Notes: a model not told the origin generated them from the letters alone. Shown: positions 38,923 to 51,762, numbered from the whole stretch's first letter. The stretch: DNA of 63,418 nt, filler included, from Octopus bimaculoides (GCF_001194135.2; 6 parts of 6 records of this genome joined end to end with filler, not necessarily neighbours in it); one strand, 5' to 3'. Program-made: numbers and translations.

Positions 38923-39672
38923 NNNNNNNNNNNNNNNNNNNNNNNNNNNNNNNNNNNNNNNNNNNNNNNNNNNNNNNNNNNNNNNNNNNNNNNNNNNNNN
39001 NNNNNNNNNNNNNNNNNNNNNNNNNNNNNNNNNNNNNNNNNNNNNNNNNNNNNNNNNNNNNNNNNNNNNNNNNNNNNNNNNNNNNNNNNNNNNNNNNNNN
39101 NNNNNNNNNNNNNNNNNNNNNNNNNNNNNNNNNNNNNNNNNNNNNNNNNNNNNNNNNNNNNNNNNNNNNNNNNNNNNNNNNNNNNNNNNNNNNNNNNNNN
39201 NNNNNNNNNNNNNNNNNNNNNNNNNNNNNNNNNNNNNNNNNNNNNNNNNNNNNNNNNNNNNNNNNNNNNNNNNNNNNNNNNNNNNNNNNNNNNNNNNNNN
39301 NNNNNNNNNNNNNNNNNNNNNNNNNNNNNNNNNNNNNNNNNNNNNNNNNNNNNNNNNNNNNNNNNNNNNNNNNNNNNNNNNNNNNNNNNNNNNNNNNNNN
39401 NNNNNNNNNNNNNNNNNNNNNNNNNNNNNNNNNNNNNNNNNNNNNNNNNNNNNNNNNNNNNNNNNNNNNNNNNNNNNNNNNNNNNNNNNNNNNNNNNNNN
39501 NNNNNNNNNNNNNNNNNNNNNNNNNNNNNNNNNNNNNNNNNNNNNNNNNNNNNNNNNNNNNNNNNNNNNNNNNNNNNNNNNNNNNNNNNNNNNNNNNNNN
39601 NNNNNNNNNNNNNNNNNNNNNNNNNNNNNNNNNNNNNNNNNNNNNNNNNNNNNNNNNNNNTATATATATACC

Positions 39673-39703
<31 letters not shown>

Positions 39704-39798
39704 TGTGTGTGTATGCATACTACACACATATATACATACACATATACAGAAATAAATACGTGTATGTGTATTTGTACATATGCACACACACATACGCC

Positions 39799-39845
<47 letters not shown>

Positions 39846-40201
39846 ATNNNNNNNNNNNNNNNNNNNNNNNNNNNNNNNNNNNNNNNNNNNNNNNNNNNNN
39901 NNNNNNNNNNNNNNNNNNNNNNNNNNNNNNNNNNNNNNNNNNNNNNNTTTTTTTTCATTTCCGTTTTTTGCGTTCAAGTGCTGTCGGAGTGAACTTAGCA
40001 CCATTTCGTCCTTATTTAAAATGGTCAGTTCGGCACAAATGAAGACAAATAAATGATGTTAAAATCGGCAGTTTACGAAGTTAGACATTTCTTATGGAGA
40101 GAAGAATGTTTGTCGTAAGAATTTAGTTTACATCTCGAAGCCTAAAGGGGAAATAATAACTGCTGTTTCATTTATATATATATATATATATATATATGTA
40201 T

Positions 40202-41190
40202 ACTCTTTTACTCTTTTACTTGTTTCAATCATTTCACTGCGGCCATGCTGGAGCACCACCTTTAGTTGAAGAAATCGACTCCACGATTTATTCTTTGTAC
40301 ACCTAGTACTTATTCTATTGGTGTCTATTGCCGAAACCTCTAAGTTACGGGTACATAAAGACACCAATATCAGTTGACAAAGGTTGGTAGGGGGAACAAA
40401 CCCAGACACACAAATACACACACAGACACACACACACACACACACAAATATATNNNNNNNNNNNNNNNNNNNNNNNNNNNNNNNNNNNNNNNNNNNNNNN
40501 NNNNNNNNNNNNNNNNNNNNNNNNNNNNNNNNNNNNNNNNNNNNNNNNNNNNNNNNNNNNNNNNNNNNNNNNNNNNNNNNNNNNNNNNNNNNNNNNNNNN
40601 NNNNNNNNNNNNNNNNNNNNNNNNNNNNNNNNNNNNNNNNNNNNNNNNNNNNNNNNNNNNNNNNNNNNNNNNNNNNNNNNNNNNNNNNNNNNNNNNNNNN
40701 NNNNNNNNNNNNNNNNNNNNNNNNNNNNNNNNNNNNNNNNNNNNNNNNNNNNNNNNNNNNNNNNNNNNNNNNNNNNNNNNNNNNNNNNNNNNNNNNNNNN
40801 NNNNNNNNNNNNNNNNNNNNNNNNNNNNNNNNNNNNNNNNNNNNNNNNNNNNNNNNNNNNNNNNNNNNNNNNNNNNNNNNNNNNNNNNNNNNNNNNNNNN
40901 NNNNNNNNNNNNNNNNNNNNNNNNNNNNNNNNNNNNNNNNNNNNNNNNNNNNNNNNNNNNNNNNNNNNNNNNNNNNNNNNNNNNNNNNNNNNNNNNNNNN
41001 NNNNNNNNNNNNNTATATATATACGACGAGCTTCTTTCATTTTCCGTCCTAACAAATCCAGTCACAAGGCTTTGGTAGGCACTGGGCTACAGTAGAAGAC
41101 ACTTGCCCAAGGTGTCAGGCAGTGGGACTGAACCCGGAACCATGTGTTTGGGAAGCAAGCTTCGTACAACACAGCCCATGCCTGCGCCTA
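40202..41190 (-). mobile_element. SINE family A pieces on either side of an N gap
   Basis: Tail at 40202-40430 and head at 41024-41190, both reverse complement of the 35995 copy. Confidence 0.8.
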
Positions 41191-42031
41191 TATGCGTGTT
41201 TGTACATATGAACATATGCCTGTATATGTATGTATTTTCCTTACTTGCTAATGAATATATATCTAGAAAGAGCAGAGAAAACAAGTTATGCATGAGCATC
41301 ATTCACAACAAACTGTGAATAGTTCTGATACCGAGCGAAATTATGGCTCCATATGCACAAAACGAACCGTTCTAATCTGATATCTTCCTTGGTAAATTTG
41401 TTTTTCTTCTAACATGGAGGTGTTTGGACATCTCGTATTCTGTTGGAATCAGTATCTTCCGAATTTAAATCCACTGGAAAGATTTTTCTGTCACTGTTCT
41501 GTAAAACAGCCCAAATATTATCTTGTTTGTAAAAAGAAAGCTCTGAATGTGATATCTTTTCATGCCTGGAGTAATATCCTTTTGTCACGCTCGATATCTA
41601 TCTCATCTTTCATCATAGTATTTCGTTAATACCTCGGTACTAGTAACGCTCAATGTGAGCAACAGATGATAGAGACAAACCACAGAATGTATTCCTTTAG
41701 AAATTGGTTCTCCAGCATTCAGTTATCAATTATGAAGAATTTCTATAGCGAAATTCCATTCTTGCGTCAACTAAAAATGCTGTAAGTAAAGATGTATGCG
41801 TAAATTTCTCAATAAAATTTTTATCCATTTGACTTTCAGTGAAGTGCGCACAGGTAGTTATTTCTGCTTGCGTGTGTGCAAACAGGCAAGTAGGATTCGG
41901 TGCAGACATATTTATCACCGTGGAAAATATGTAAATATGTGTGTGTGTGTGTGTATAGTTGTGTGTATATTTGTATATACGTGGGTACGTATGTGCATAT
42001 GTATAAATATGGACGTATGAGTGTATATATA

Positions 42032-42071
<40 letters not shown>

Positions 42072-42351
42072 CACAAGTGCACATATGTATGTATATGTAT
42101 ATACATATATATATGTGTGTGTGTATCAGTATGCATGTATGTGTGTGTTTGTGTATGTGTATTTATGTATGCATGTACGTTCTCACACATTTATAGGTAT
42201 GTGTTGTCCAACCCACTATCCGGCAGCGTCCAATTCTCTAACGGTTTTTTTNNNNNNNNNNNNNNNNNNNNNNNNNNNNNNNNNNNNNNNNNNNNTTAAT
42301 TAATTAANNNNNNNNNNNNNNNNNNNNNNNNNNNNNNNNNNNNNNNNNNNN

Positions 42352-43680
42352 ACATATCAACAATGTCATGCAAGGAATTGTCAGAAGGAAACTGATCAGA
42401 TTCCTTGAAGAAAACGACTTGATGAACAATACTTAGCGGCGAGCTGGCAGAAACGTTAGCATAACGGGCGAAATGCTTAGCGGTATTTCGTCTGCCGTTA
42501 CGTTCTGAGTTCAAATTCCGCCGAGGTCGACTTTGCCTTTCATCCTTTCGGGGTCGATAAATTAAGTACCAGTTACGCACTGGGTCGATGTAATCGACTT
42601 AACCCCTTTGTTTGTCCTCTCTATGTTTAGCCCCTTGTGGGCAATAAAGAAATTGAACAATACTTAGCATGCTTTCCGTCCTGGAAGAAACTGCTTAACG
42701 CTGCTCTTACAGCACAATGACCTGGATTTTGAAGAAGCTGTTCGACTATTCAAATGTCGATGTAGTATATCTTGACAAGGTGGATCATAGCATGATGGTC
42801 ATAAACTGAAAGATCTTGGCATAGTTGGTAAACTAGGAGAGGGACTGTAGTTGCAGCTAATGGTGTTCTCTCTAGGGAAAGACAAATTCTGAGAGGAATT
42901 CCCCAGGGAACTGTCTTCGGGCCATTACTGTTTATAATAGCCCTCTTAGACTTGCTAATAGTCAATCAGACAGACACTGTCACTAGCTATGCAAATGATT
43001 CAAAATTATCACAGGCAGCAAAGAACTCTGATGATGTCGCAAGCTTGCAGCGAGACCTAAATGCAATATACAAGTAGTATGAACATGCAATTTAATTTCA
43101 AGCACTCACGAATTCACAGCCTGCATATTAGGACTCGGATGCACTGCAATCCCAGAGTCACAGACAGTGAGAGACTTGGGGGGGGGGGGCAGTATGTGTA
43201 TTGATGCACTGTTTCATGTGCACATTACCAAGATGGCATCAAAGTGCTGACAATTAGTGGGATGGATTCTAAGATTCTTCAGAACAAGAAACCAAGAACT
43301 CATGTTGGCTCTTGTGGAAGACCTTTGTTCTCAGCCACCTAGACTACTGTTCTCAGCTGTGGTCATCACATCGTATCAAACTAATTGCGGAGCTTCAAGT
43401 GATCCAACGTTATTACACTTAAAAGACTGCCACAGCGCAACAGATGAACAACTGGGAGAGGTTGAATAAACTACGACTTCATTACCTGGAGCGAAGACGC
43501 GAGAGATATGCAATAATTTACAAGCGGAAAATTCTGAAAGGACTAGTATTTATCTTCGGCACCGTGAGTTATACAAATGGTCGTACTGGACGCCATTGTG
43601 TTGTACTAGAGGTACCCTCCACTCCATCTAAAGCGAGTACCAGGTAATGCAATAGCTTAGGATTCAAAGGCCCACAGCTG
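42352..43680 (+). mobile_element. CR1-group LINE ORF2 RT fragment, pseudogenised
   Basis: IVRRKLIRFLEENDLM, HAFRPGRNC, DVVYLD..KVDH, GIPQGTVFGPLLFII, SYANDSKL (YADD variant), GWILRFFRTR, WERLNKLRLHYLERRRERYAIIY and CNSLGFKGPQL. Same family as 11050-11475. Confidence 0.88.
42438..42653 (+). mobile_element. SINE family B, full length, 15-bp TSD, inserted in the LINE
   Basis: TSD tgaacaatacttagc at 42423-42437 and 42654-42668. Confidence 0.93.
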
Positions 43681-43699
43681 GTAAATTTCTTGGTTTCTA

Positions 43700-43920
43700 G
43701 TGAAAGTATTTTTACACCTTGTTGAAGTGTTCCCCGATTAAAAGTATTTTCGCTTTTATTGAAATCAAGGAACATAAGTAAAATAATTGGAAACTGAGGG
43801 CGCCGGTGTGGCACCGTGATTATTGAAATAGGATCCACCAAATACATATCATGGCTTTCTTTAATGAGAGATCTGAACAGTAATTTAAACACACTACATC
43901 CGTATATCTCTTTTTATCGA
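43700..43920 (-). mobile_element. Possible old RTE-type RT remnant
   Basis: Minus peptides DVVCLNYCSDLSL and FPIILLMFLDFNKSENTFNRGTL resemble the NYRGISL and F.DF.KAFD.V.R..L motifs. Highly degenerate. Confidence 0.3.
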
Positions 43921-44764
43921 AAAATCCATAAGTTTTACTTTTCACTCAAATAGATACTACTATCTTCTTTACTCGGAAAACGACTACATCCTGTAAGGTA
44001 TAAATGCTTTCACTTATCCTGGTAACCTCGAAACGAAGAAGCATTCATTTATTAACCACAGATTTTCCATGGATACCCACAAATAAAATACATTATACAC
44101 ATATATACCCTAAACATCCACCAACCGGACGCGACACTTTCTGACCTTCAGTAGCAGAGAGTAGTTACTATACTCTTTATAGCAGCCTTTCTGGGAAGCA
44201 CCGGAATTAGGTTTTCTCCTAACTCTCGTTTGCGAAGCCAATTGGTAAAATCAGATAAAATGGATCTAAAATAACTGTATAAATATTGAGATACCCACTT
44301 TCTGGGCTGTCTTAGCAGCATTTTAGACCCCTATGCAAGCCAGTACACTGGGCCCTATGGCATATATTTATTGACAGACAACCACAGTATACATAGATTA
44401 GAATAGGGCCTCTAGACCCATGAGGTTCCCAGGCAACTACCCAGTATGCCTATGCCGATATATAGTGGCAGTTTTCCAACACGACGATAGCTTCTGGCTA
44501 AAACCGATAACAGAATAATAGAACACACACACACACACATCATTGGCTGAAATCAAGTGAAAACGTCACCGATTGACAAATGAAACTAGTTTCTCCTCCC
44601 TTTCTCCGTGTCTTTCCAGTTCTTTCTTTTATTCTTTCACTTTAAACTCTAACCTTTGGCACGCTTCTTAGATTTTATGTCGGTCCCTGAAAGCAAAGCA
44701 TTGATAATTATTTAGTTTATAATGATAGGTTATTAATAATTTTAATATTTCGAATTTTTAAGTC

Positions 44765-44962
44765 GGCGATCTGGCAGAATCGTTACCACGCCGGGCACAA
44801 TGCTGAGCGGTATTTCGTCCAGCTTTAACTCTGTGAATTCACCGAGGTCGACTTTGCCTTTCATCCTCTCGGGGTCAATAAAATAAGTACCAGTTGCGTA
44901 TTGGGGGATCGATGTAATCGACCTAACCCCTTCCACGAACTTGTTTTCCTTGTACCTAGAGA
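44765..44962 (+). mobile_element. SINE family B, variant tail
   Basis: ggcgatctggcagaatcgttaccacgccggg...cgaggtcgactttgcctttcatcc. Confidence 0.85.
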
Positions 44963-45424
44963 GTTTGAAACAAATAATTTTAATCTAATATTTTTTATTG
45001 CTAATGATCATGTCTCTATCCAATAACTTCCTTCAAGTTTCAAGCCGTGGTCAATCACTGCTGAATGAATGCTAAATGCTTGTTTCCTGATGAGAAATCC
45101 TGGCATCATTCAAATACTTTTGTATTATTCTAACAGCTGCACTTTAGCGTGAAATTGAGAGTAACAATACGTTAGGTTCTTCAGCTTCAGTATATTTGAT
45201 ATTTCGGTAGAATTCTGCTTTCCGCACCCGATATAAGCCCTCATAATTTATTTTATATTTTGCAATTTTCAGTAAACTTTCGAGGAATTCATATGGCTAT
45301 GCAACCCCCAACCGCCAAAAATAATTGTTTTGTATGGTTTAAGGAGTATTTATTTTAGCACATCTCACGACCATCTGATACCCACACTCCTCGTTCTTTT
45401 CTTCACTCTGACCTATTGATATTT

Positions 45425-45660
45425 TTCAATATCTTTCTCCCCATACTCTTTCACTTGTTTCAGTCATTTGACTGCGGCCATGCTGGAGCACCGCCTTTAG
45501 TCGAGCAAATCGACCCCCAGGACTTATTTTTTGTAAGCCGAGTACTTATTCTATCGTTATCTTTTTCCGAACCGCTACGTTATGGGGACGTAAACAGACC
45601 AGCATCGGCTGTCAAGCGATGTTTGCGGGGGGGGGGGTGACAAACACAGACACAAACATA
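45425..45660 (-). mobile_element. SINE family A, 3' half
   Basis: cttgtttcagtcatttgactgcggccatgctggagcaccgcctttagtcgagcaaatcgacccc is the reverse complement of the family A tail. Confidence 0.88.
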
Positions 45661-46815
45661 TATATGTACATATATATATAATATACACGGACACACACAT
45701 ACATACATACATACATACATGCATACATACATACATACATNNNNNNNNNNNNNNNNNNNNNNNNNNNNNNNNNNNNNNNNNNNNNNNNNNNNNNNNNNNN
45801 NNNNNNNNNNNNNNNNNNNNNNNNNNNNNNNNNNNNNNNNNNNNNNNNNNNNNNNNNNNNNNNNNNNNNNNNNNNNNNNNNNNNNNNNNNNNNNNNNNNN
45901 NNNNNNNNNNNNNNNNNNNNNNNNNNNNNNNNNNNNNNNNNNNNNNNNNNNNNNNNNNNNNNNNNNNNNNNNNNNNNNNNNNNNNNNNNNNNNNNNNNNN
46001 NNNNNNNNNNNNNNNNNNNNNNNNNNNNNNNNNNNNNNNNNNNNNNNNNNNNNNNNNNNNNNNNNNNNNNNNNNNNNNNNNNNNNNNNNNNNNNNNNNNN
46101 NNNNNNNNNNNNNNNNNNNNNNNNNNNNNNNNNNNNNNNNNNNNNNNNNNNNNNNNNNNNNNNNNNNNNNNNNNNNNNNNNNNNNNNNNNNNNNNNNNNN
46201 NNNNNNNNNNNNNNNNNNNNNNNNNNNNNNNNNNNNNNNNNNNNNNNNNNNNNNNNNNNNNNNNNNNNNNNNNNNNNNNNNNNNNNNNNNNNNNNNNNNN
46301 NNNNNNNNNNNNNNNNNNNNNNNNNNNNNNNNNNNNNNNNNNNNNNNNNNNNNNNNNNNNNNNNNNNNNNNNNNNNNNNNNNNNNNNNNNNNNNNNNNNN
46401 NNNNNNATATACATATATATTATTTTATATCTGGTAGTTACTCTATCGGTCTCTAAATTACAGGAATAAACCAATCCAGGTTTCCAAGCGGAAGGAGTGA
46501 CACAAACACACATGCACACACACGTACACTCACACGCACACACATACACGCACACACACACACGTGCGTGCGTGTATGTGTGTGTTTATGTTTGTCCCCC
46601 CCCCCAACCATCGCTTAACAAGCGGCGTTGGATTGTTTACATCCCCCATAACGTAGCGGTTCGGCAAAAATACCTCAAAACACAAAGAAAAAAACAATAA
46701 GTCCCAGACTTTAAAAACATAAATAAATACTGGGGTACTAACCCCTTCAAAGCAGTGTCACAACATGGGCGCAGTCGTATGTTTACGGAAGTTTTGCTCC
46801 ATATACAGAAACGCT

Positions 46816-47290
46816 TGTGGATCACATCCCTACTTCTCAACATAGTCACCGTTTCTCTCAATAGCAATGTTCCACCTTCGAATGAGAGCATGTATCCCTG
46901 CCCCATAAAATTCTGTTGACTGTTCTTTGAGCCATTTCTTCACTACCTCCACACTCACCAGACTTAGCGCCTTCAGACTATCATCTTTTCGACCCCATGA
47001 AAGAGGATTTGAGAGGCAAACATTATTCCGGTGACGAGGAAAGGAAAACTGTAGTGAAGAAGTGGCTCAAAGAACAGTCAAAAGAATTTTACGGGGCAGG
47101 GATACATGCTTTCATTCGAAGGTGGAACATTGCTATTGAAAGAAACAGTGACTATGTTGAGAAGTAGGGATGTGATCCACAGAGGACCAGCTTCATTTTG
47201 GTGCAGGATACATGTTCCTGTATTGGTAATTATACCAACACAGGAACATGTCCTAAACAAAATGGCATTACTTTTTGACTCACCCTCGTA
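46816..47290 (+). mobile_element. Mariner 3' remnant with inverted duplication
   Basis: SPDLAPSDYHLFDPMKEDLRGKHYSGDEE...WLKEQSKEFYGAGIHAFIRRWNIAIERNSDYVEK-stop at about 46955-47167. Right TIR ttactttttgactcaccctcgta ends at 47290. 46816-46946 is an inverted copy of 47051-47181. Confidence 0.9.
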
Positions 47291-47324
47291 TTTTCCTTAT
47301 TGAGTAATATATTTTCAAATATCG

Positions 47325-47424
47325 AACAAGTTGAAAACACCGGTTCTGGTTCGATCACCGAAGTTAAGCAACGTCGATCCTCATTCGCACTTAGATGGGA
47401 GTGGAGGGAGTAACCCAGGTACTT
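47325..47424 (+). pseudogene. 5S rRNA pseudogene, 5'-truncated, degenerate 3' half
   Basis: gttgaaaacaccggttctggttcgatcaccgaagttaagcaacgtcg (47330-47376) differs at about two positions from the invertebrate 5S sequence as I recall it. A decayed box C (cttagatggg) and gggagtaacccaggtact are followed by a T run. Confidence 0.8.
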
Positions 47425-47439
47425 TTATTCGTTTTTATA

Positions 47440-47605
47440 GGCGCAGGTATGGCTGCGAGGTTAAGAAGCTCATTTTGAAAGTACCTGGTTCGGGTTCAAT
47501 TCCACAACGCGGCACCTTTGGCAAGTGTCTTCTACTATAGCCCCGGATCGACCCATGCCTTCTGACCGAATTTGGTTGTCTGAAACCGTGTGTAAGTTCA
47601 TCGTA
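47440..47605 (+). mobile_element. SINE family A head
   Basis: ggcgcaggtatggctgcgaggttaagaagct...ggcacctttggcaagtgtcttctactatagcc. Confidence 0.8.
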
Positions 47606-47606
47606 T

Positions 47607-47995
47607 AAGACGCATCAGATGTGGTGTGCAAGAGAGACGTTCGTGCTGGTCATGTGATGCGTATGGATGAAAATAGCTGTGTAAAGAATTGCTGATCCCT
47701 AACTGTGGAGAGAACCTGTGGTAGAGGTAGACCCAGGAAGACATGGGCCTCGAACTTTGGGCCTCATGGAGGAAATGACCAATGACCGAGACCTTTAGCG
47801 ATACGCTGTGCTTGAGAAGGCCCGTCAAGCCAAGTGAAATCATGATCGTGACCGATGTTGATGTCACGTAACTGGTACCCATGAAGATGGAACATAAAAA
47901 GCACCTTTCGATCGTTGGGCCTCACAGAGACAAGGTGACCGATGCCGGTGGCACGTGAAAAGCACCTTTCAAGTGTTGGGTCTCACGGAGAACTG
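47607..47995 (+). mobile_element. RTE-clade LINE 3' end with repeated 3' UTR units
   Basis: IRCGVQERR, GHVMRMDENSCVKNC.SLTVERTCGRGRPRKTW and LGLMEEMTNDRDL.RYAVLEKARQAK-stop (47837). The tgaccgatg...aaaagcacctttc...ttggg.ctcac.gag unit is repeated twice after the stop. Confidence 0.85.
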
Positions 47996-48415
47996 AGGTA
48001 TTTTGAAAAATAACCCCAATATAATTGGTAGAACTGTACGCAAGTCTTATTTTATGAAGACAATTCGTGTATAGTTCTGCAAATTATACTGATTCTAGAA
48101 CGATTGTTCTGAAGAGAACACGGATGTTACGTAAGAAAAACGTTAATGTCGAAACCGATACACAATTAATTCTTTACTCTGTATATTTCTCATTTTGTCT
48201 TGCCCGCTTATGTTCTGGTGTTTTGCGAATTTTTTTTTCTGGCGAACATTATGTTTCTTTGTGGTTGGGTCGTTGATGACCTCTTTCTAGCATATCAGAT
48301 GTCCACTTAGTGGCCATCCCTTCTTATACACATGTAATGCAATTTTTCTGAATTTTCAGATTTTTTATATGCTAGGCCACTGAATTAATATTCAATTTAT
48401 CACCCTCTATATATA

Positions 48416-48468
<53 letters not shown>

Positions 48469-48471
<3 letters not shown>

Positions 48472-48678
48472 CATGAAGGAGTGGTGAAAAGTTTCTGGCT
48501 TTAAGGGTGTCGCGAAAGGCCTGGTTGGAGACCCAACCGTCCGAGTTTTTTTACAGGGCTTAAAAAAACTGAAGGACCGTTGCAATGGTGTGTGGATATG
48601 TCGAATAAAATCGTAATTAACTGATCCATCTGTATTTTCATTTACCCAAATCCAGGAACTTTTCAGCACACACACGTA
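48469..48678 (+). mobile_element. Mariner-derived MITE of about 210 bp
   Basis: Imperfect TIRs gtggtgaaaagtttctggcttt and aaatccaggaacttttcagcac. Internal LKDRCN resembles a mariner C-terminus. Left end abuts a (TA)n tract. Confidence 0.7.
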
Positions 48679-48724
48679 TGTGTGTGTGTGTGTGTGAGTG
48701 AGTGTGTGTGTGTGTGTGGGTGTG

Positions 48725-48890
48725 TGACAACTGCCAACTGATATAGCGGTTCGAGAAAAAGGGAACGATAGGTTAAGTACCAGACTTAAAAAAGCAAATG
48801 TACTGAGGTCAATTTGCTTGATTAAACCTCTCAAGGTGGTGCCCCAGCATGACACCCATTGGACTGAAACAAGTGAACGATAAAAGATAA
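48725..48890 (+). mobile_element. SINE family A, 3' part, followed by (AG)n
   Basis: tagcggttcgagaaaaagggaacgatagg...aaggtggtgccccagcatg...actgaaacaag. Confidence 0.7.
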
Positions 48891-48891
48891 G

Positions 48892-48974
<83 letters not shown>

Positions 48975-49591
48975 NNNNNNNNNNNNNNNNNNNNNNNNNN
49001 NNNNNNNNNNNNNNNNNNTTAATTAATTAANNNNNNNNNNNNNNNNNNNNNNNNNNNNNNNNNNNNNNNNNNNNATATATGGCGGAAGTTAACTCGAGGC
49101 CGAGTAAGACCACTTCGGTAATTGAAATGGTTCATGCAAATGTACCGGGAATCTAAGAAGTTCTTGTGCATGAATTTGTTTTGTGTGGATAAGGTGTTGC
49201 GTTGTACTGAATCCACTTTTCAGCGCAATCAGCTCTAAAACCGGTGGCACAAACAGACTGCACTTTAGGTTTTAAAAATGTTTTTTTTATCCGAGCTTAC
49301 TTCCTAGAAGGAAGTTCTTACGAGAACTAGGGGGTCCTTCGCTCCTAGTGGTTCACACGCTAGTTAACCTATAGCTGGGACCCTAACAAGTACTATTAAT
49401 CCGGGTAAGAGTAAACCCGGGGACAATAATAGTCAAGAGGTGGTTCTACACTGCTTAAAATCGTGGGATTCCCGTATTAGGACCCAATGCCGGATGCAGT
49501 TTAAGGTCGTACCCAGCCTGTATGTCATTGTTACAAGGGAAAATTTGACAGTTAGGTCGATGTTTCAGTTATGTAGAAGTGCAGAGGTTGT

Positions 49592-49634
49592 CCGATGAAG
49601 GCTATATAGACGAAACCTCGAAGTTACTGTCAAA
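49592..49634 (+). ncRNA. Degenerate minimal hammerhead-like motif
   Basis: CCGATGA A GGCTATATAGAC GAAAC CTCGAA GTT ACTGTC; same family as 37906. U4 is replaced by C. Confidence 0.4.
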
Positions 49635-49794
49635 CAGTTTTTCTTGTTAAAATAAAATATTTTGCGCTGTTGAAAAGTATGTTTTTCTTCTTTCATTTTT
49701 TTAAATACTTGTTTCAATTATTAGATTTCGGTCATACTGGAGCATTGCCTTGAGGAATCTTAGCCGAACCAAACGACATTCTATTGATCCTTCT

Positions 49795-50025
49795 TATTTC
49801 CTTATTGCCCACAAGGGGCTAAACACAGAGGGGACAAACAAGGCAGACAAAGGGATTAAGTCGATTACATCGACTCCAGTGCGTAACTGGTACTTAATTT
49901 ATCGACCCCGAAAGGATGAAAGGCAAAGTCGACCTCGGCGGAATTTGAACTCAGAACGTAACGGCAGACGAAATACTGCTAAGCATTTCGCCCGGCGTGC
50001 TAACGATTCTGCCTGCTCGCCGCCT
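49795..50025 (-). mobile_element. SINE family B with 13-bp TSD, nested in a family A copy (about 49705-50215, minus)
   Basis: TSD tattgatccttct at 49782-49794 and 50026-50038. Confidence 0.92.
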
Positions 50026-50637
50026 TATTGATCCTTCTACTGATCCTTAGATATGACGAAATTCTTTCAGTCTCCGTCTATAGAATCCACTCACAAGGCT
50101 TTGGTCAACCCGAGGTTATAGTAGAACATTTGCTCAAAGTGCCATGCAGTGGGACTGAATCCGGAATTATGCGGTTGGGAATCAAACTTCTTACAAAACA
50201 GCCAGGCCAGCGCCTATCTAGGGATCCTCCAATTGTATGTTAAACTGTTCAAGCATTAACACACACGCACACGTACATACGTACATATGTAAGTTTGTGC
50301 GCATGTATTTACATATGTCTATAAGTGTGTGTGTGCGTATGTGTGTGTGTATGTGCGTATGTATGTGTGGGCGTAGCTATTTTCATTGAAGTGCCAGTGT
50401 TTGACCTTTACACCGAGATAGACAAGAAACAGTGGAATATTTGAATTTCTCGACTGCCTGGAGAGAGAATATCGTCAGAAAAATATCGATTAGAAGGGCG
50501 AGAGAAGGGGGGAGGGAAAAAAAGAGAGCGAGGGAGAGAGAGAGACAGAAAACAAGAGACAGGAGCATACTTGTAGGTACTTGTTAATAAATTGAAGATG
50601 TGTGTGTTTGTATCTATCTATCTATCTATCTATCTAC

Positions 50638-50682
<45 letters not shown>

Positions 50683-50732
50683 GATCGATCAATCCATCTA
50701 TTATATTACACACACACACACACGTGTGCGTG

Positions 50733-50788
<56 letters not shown>

Positions 50789-50814
50789 TACATATATATA
50801 TATACACATAGAAG

Positions 50815-50849
<35 letters not shown>

Positions 50850-51460
50850 GCATGTGCGTGTGTCTGTGTATATGTGTGTTTGTGTGTATTTGTGTGAGAA
50901 AGAGAGAGCGAGCGAGAGACAGAAAGAGGAAGAGAGAGAGAGGGAGAGAGAGAGAGGCGAGAGAAATAGTGTCCCGTGATTCTGATTTCTGCCGGTAACA
51001 AGAGACGCCGCACAACTCGGTGCATGGTCAGGTCGTAGCGACGAAACACCGACATCGGTACCAATCGAAAGTGGTAAGGAGACTTACTAGAAACAACAAC
51101 TAGAAGGCAAAACGTGACCTATCAAAATTAACAGATGAACCCAGTGTAAATTGAAGGGTTAACTAGCAACTGTATACATTATCCCCTTCACCATGAATCC
51201 CAGAAGATCACTGCTTCGAGTCTTTGGACTCATACGGCTCTTGCCCCCAGTCACCTTCACGTATAAGTAACCGGGGTTACAACATTCTTCTTGAATATGG
51301 ACGCCATTCCATCAAAGGAGCAGCGAGAAACGAAGTATTTTGCTCAAGAATACAACACAGCACCCGGTCCAGGAATCGAAACCGTGATCTTGCGCCTCCC
51401 AGACTTGTCTTAAAGTGTTCCATCATACTTCTCTTATATATAGGTGCATACGTATATATG

Positions 51461-51508
<48 letters not shown>

Positions 51509-51714
51509 GGTANNNNNNNNNNNNNNNNNNNNNNNNNNNNNNNNNNNNNNNNNNNNNNNNNNNNNNNNNNNNNNNNNNNNNNNNNNNNNNNNNNNNNNNN
51601 NNNNNNNNNNNNNNNNNNNNNNNNNNNNNNNNNNNNNNNNNNNNNNNNNNNNNNNNNNNNNNNNNNNNNNNNNNNNNNNNNNNNNNNNNNNNNNNNNNNN
51701 CATACGTATATATG

Positions 51715-51762
<48 letters not shown>

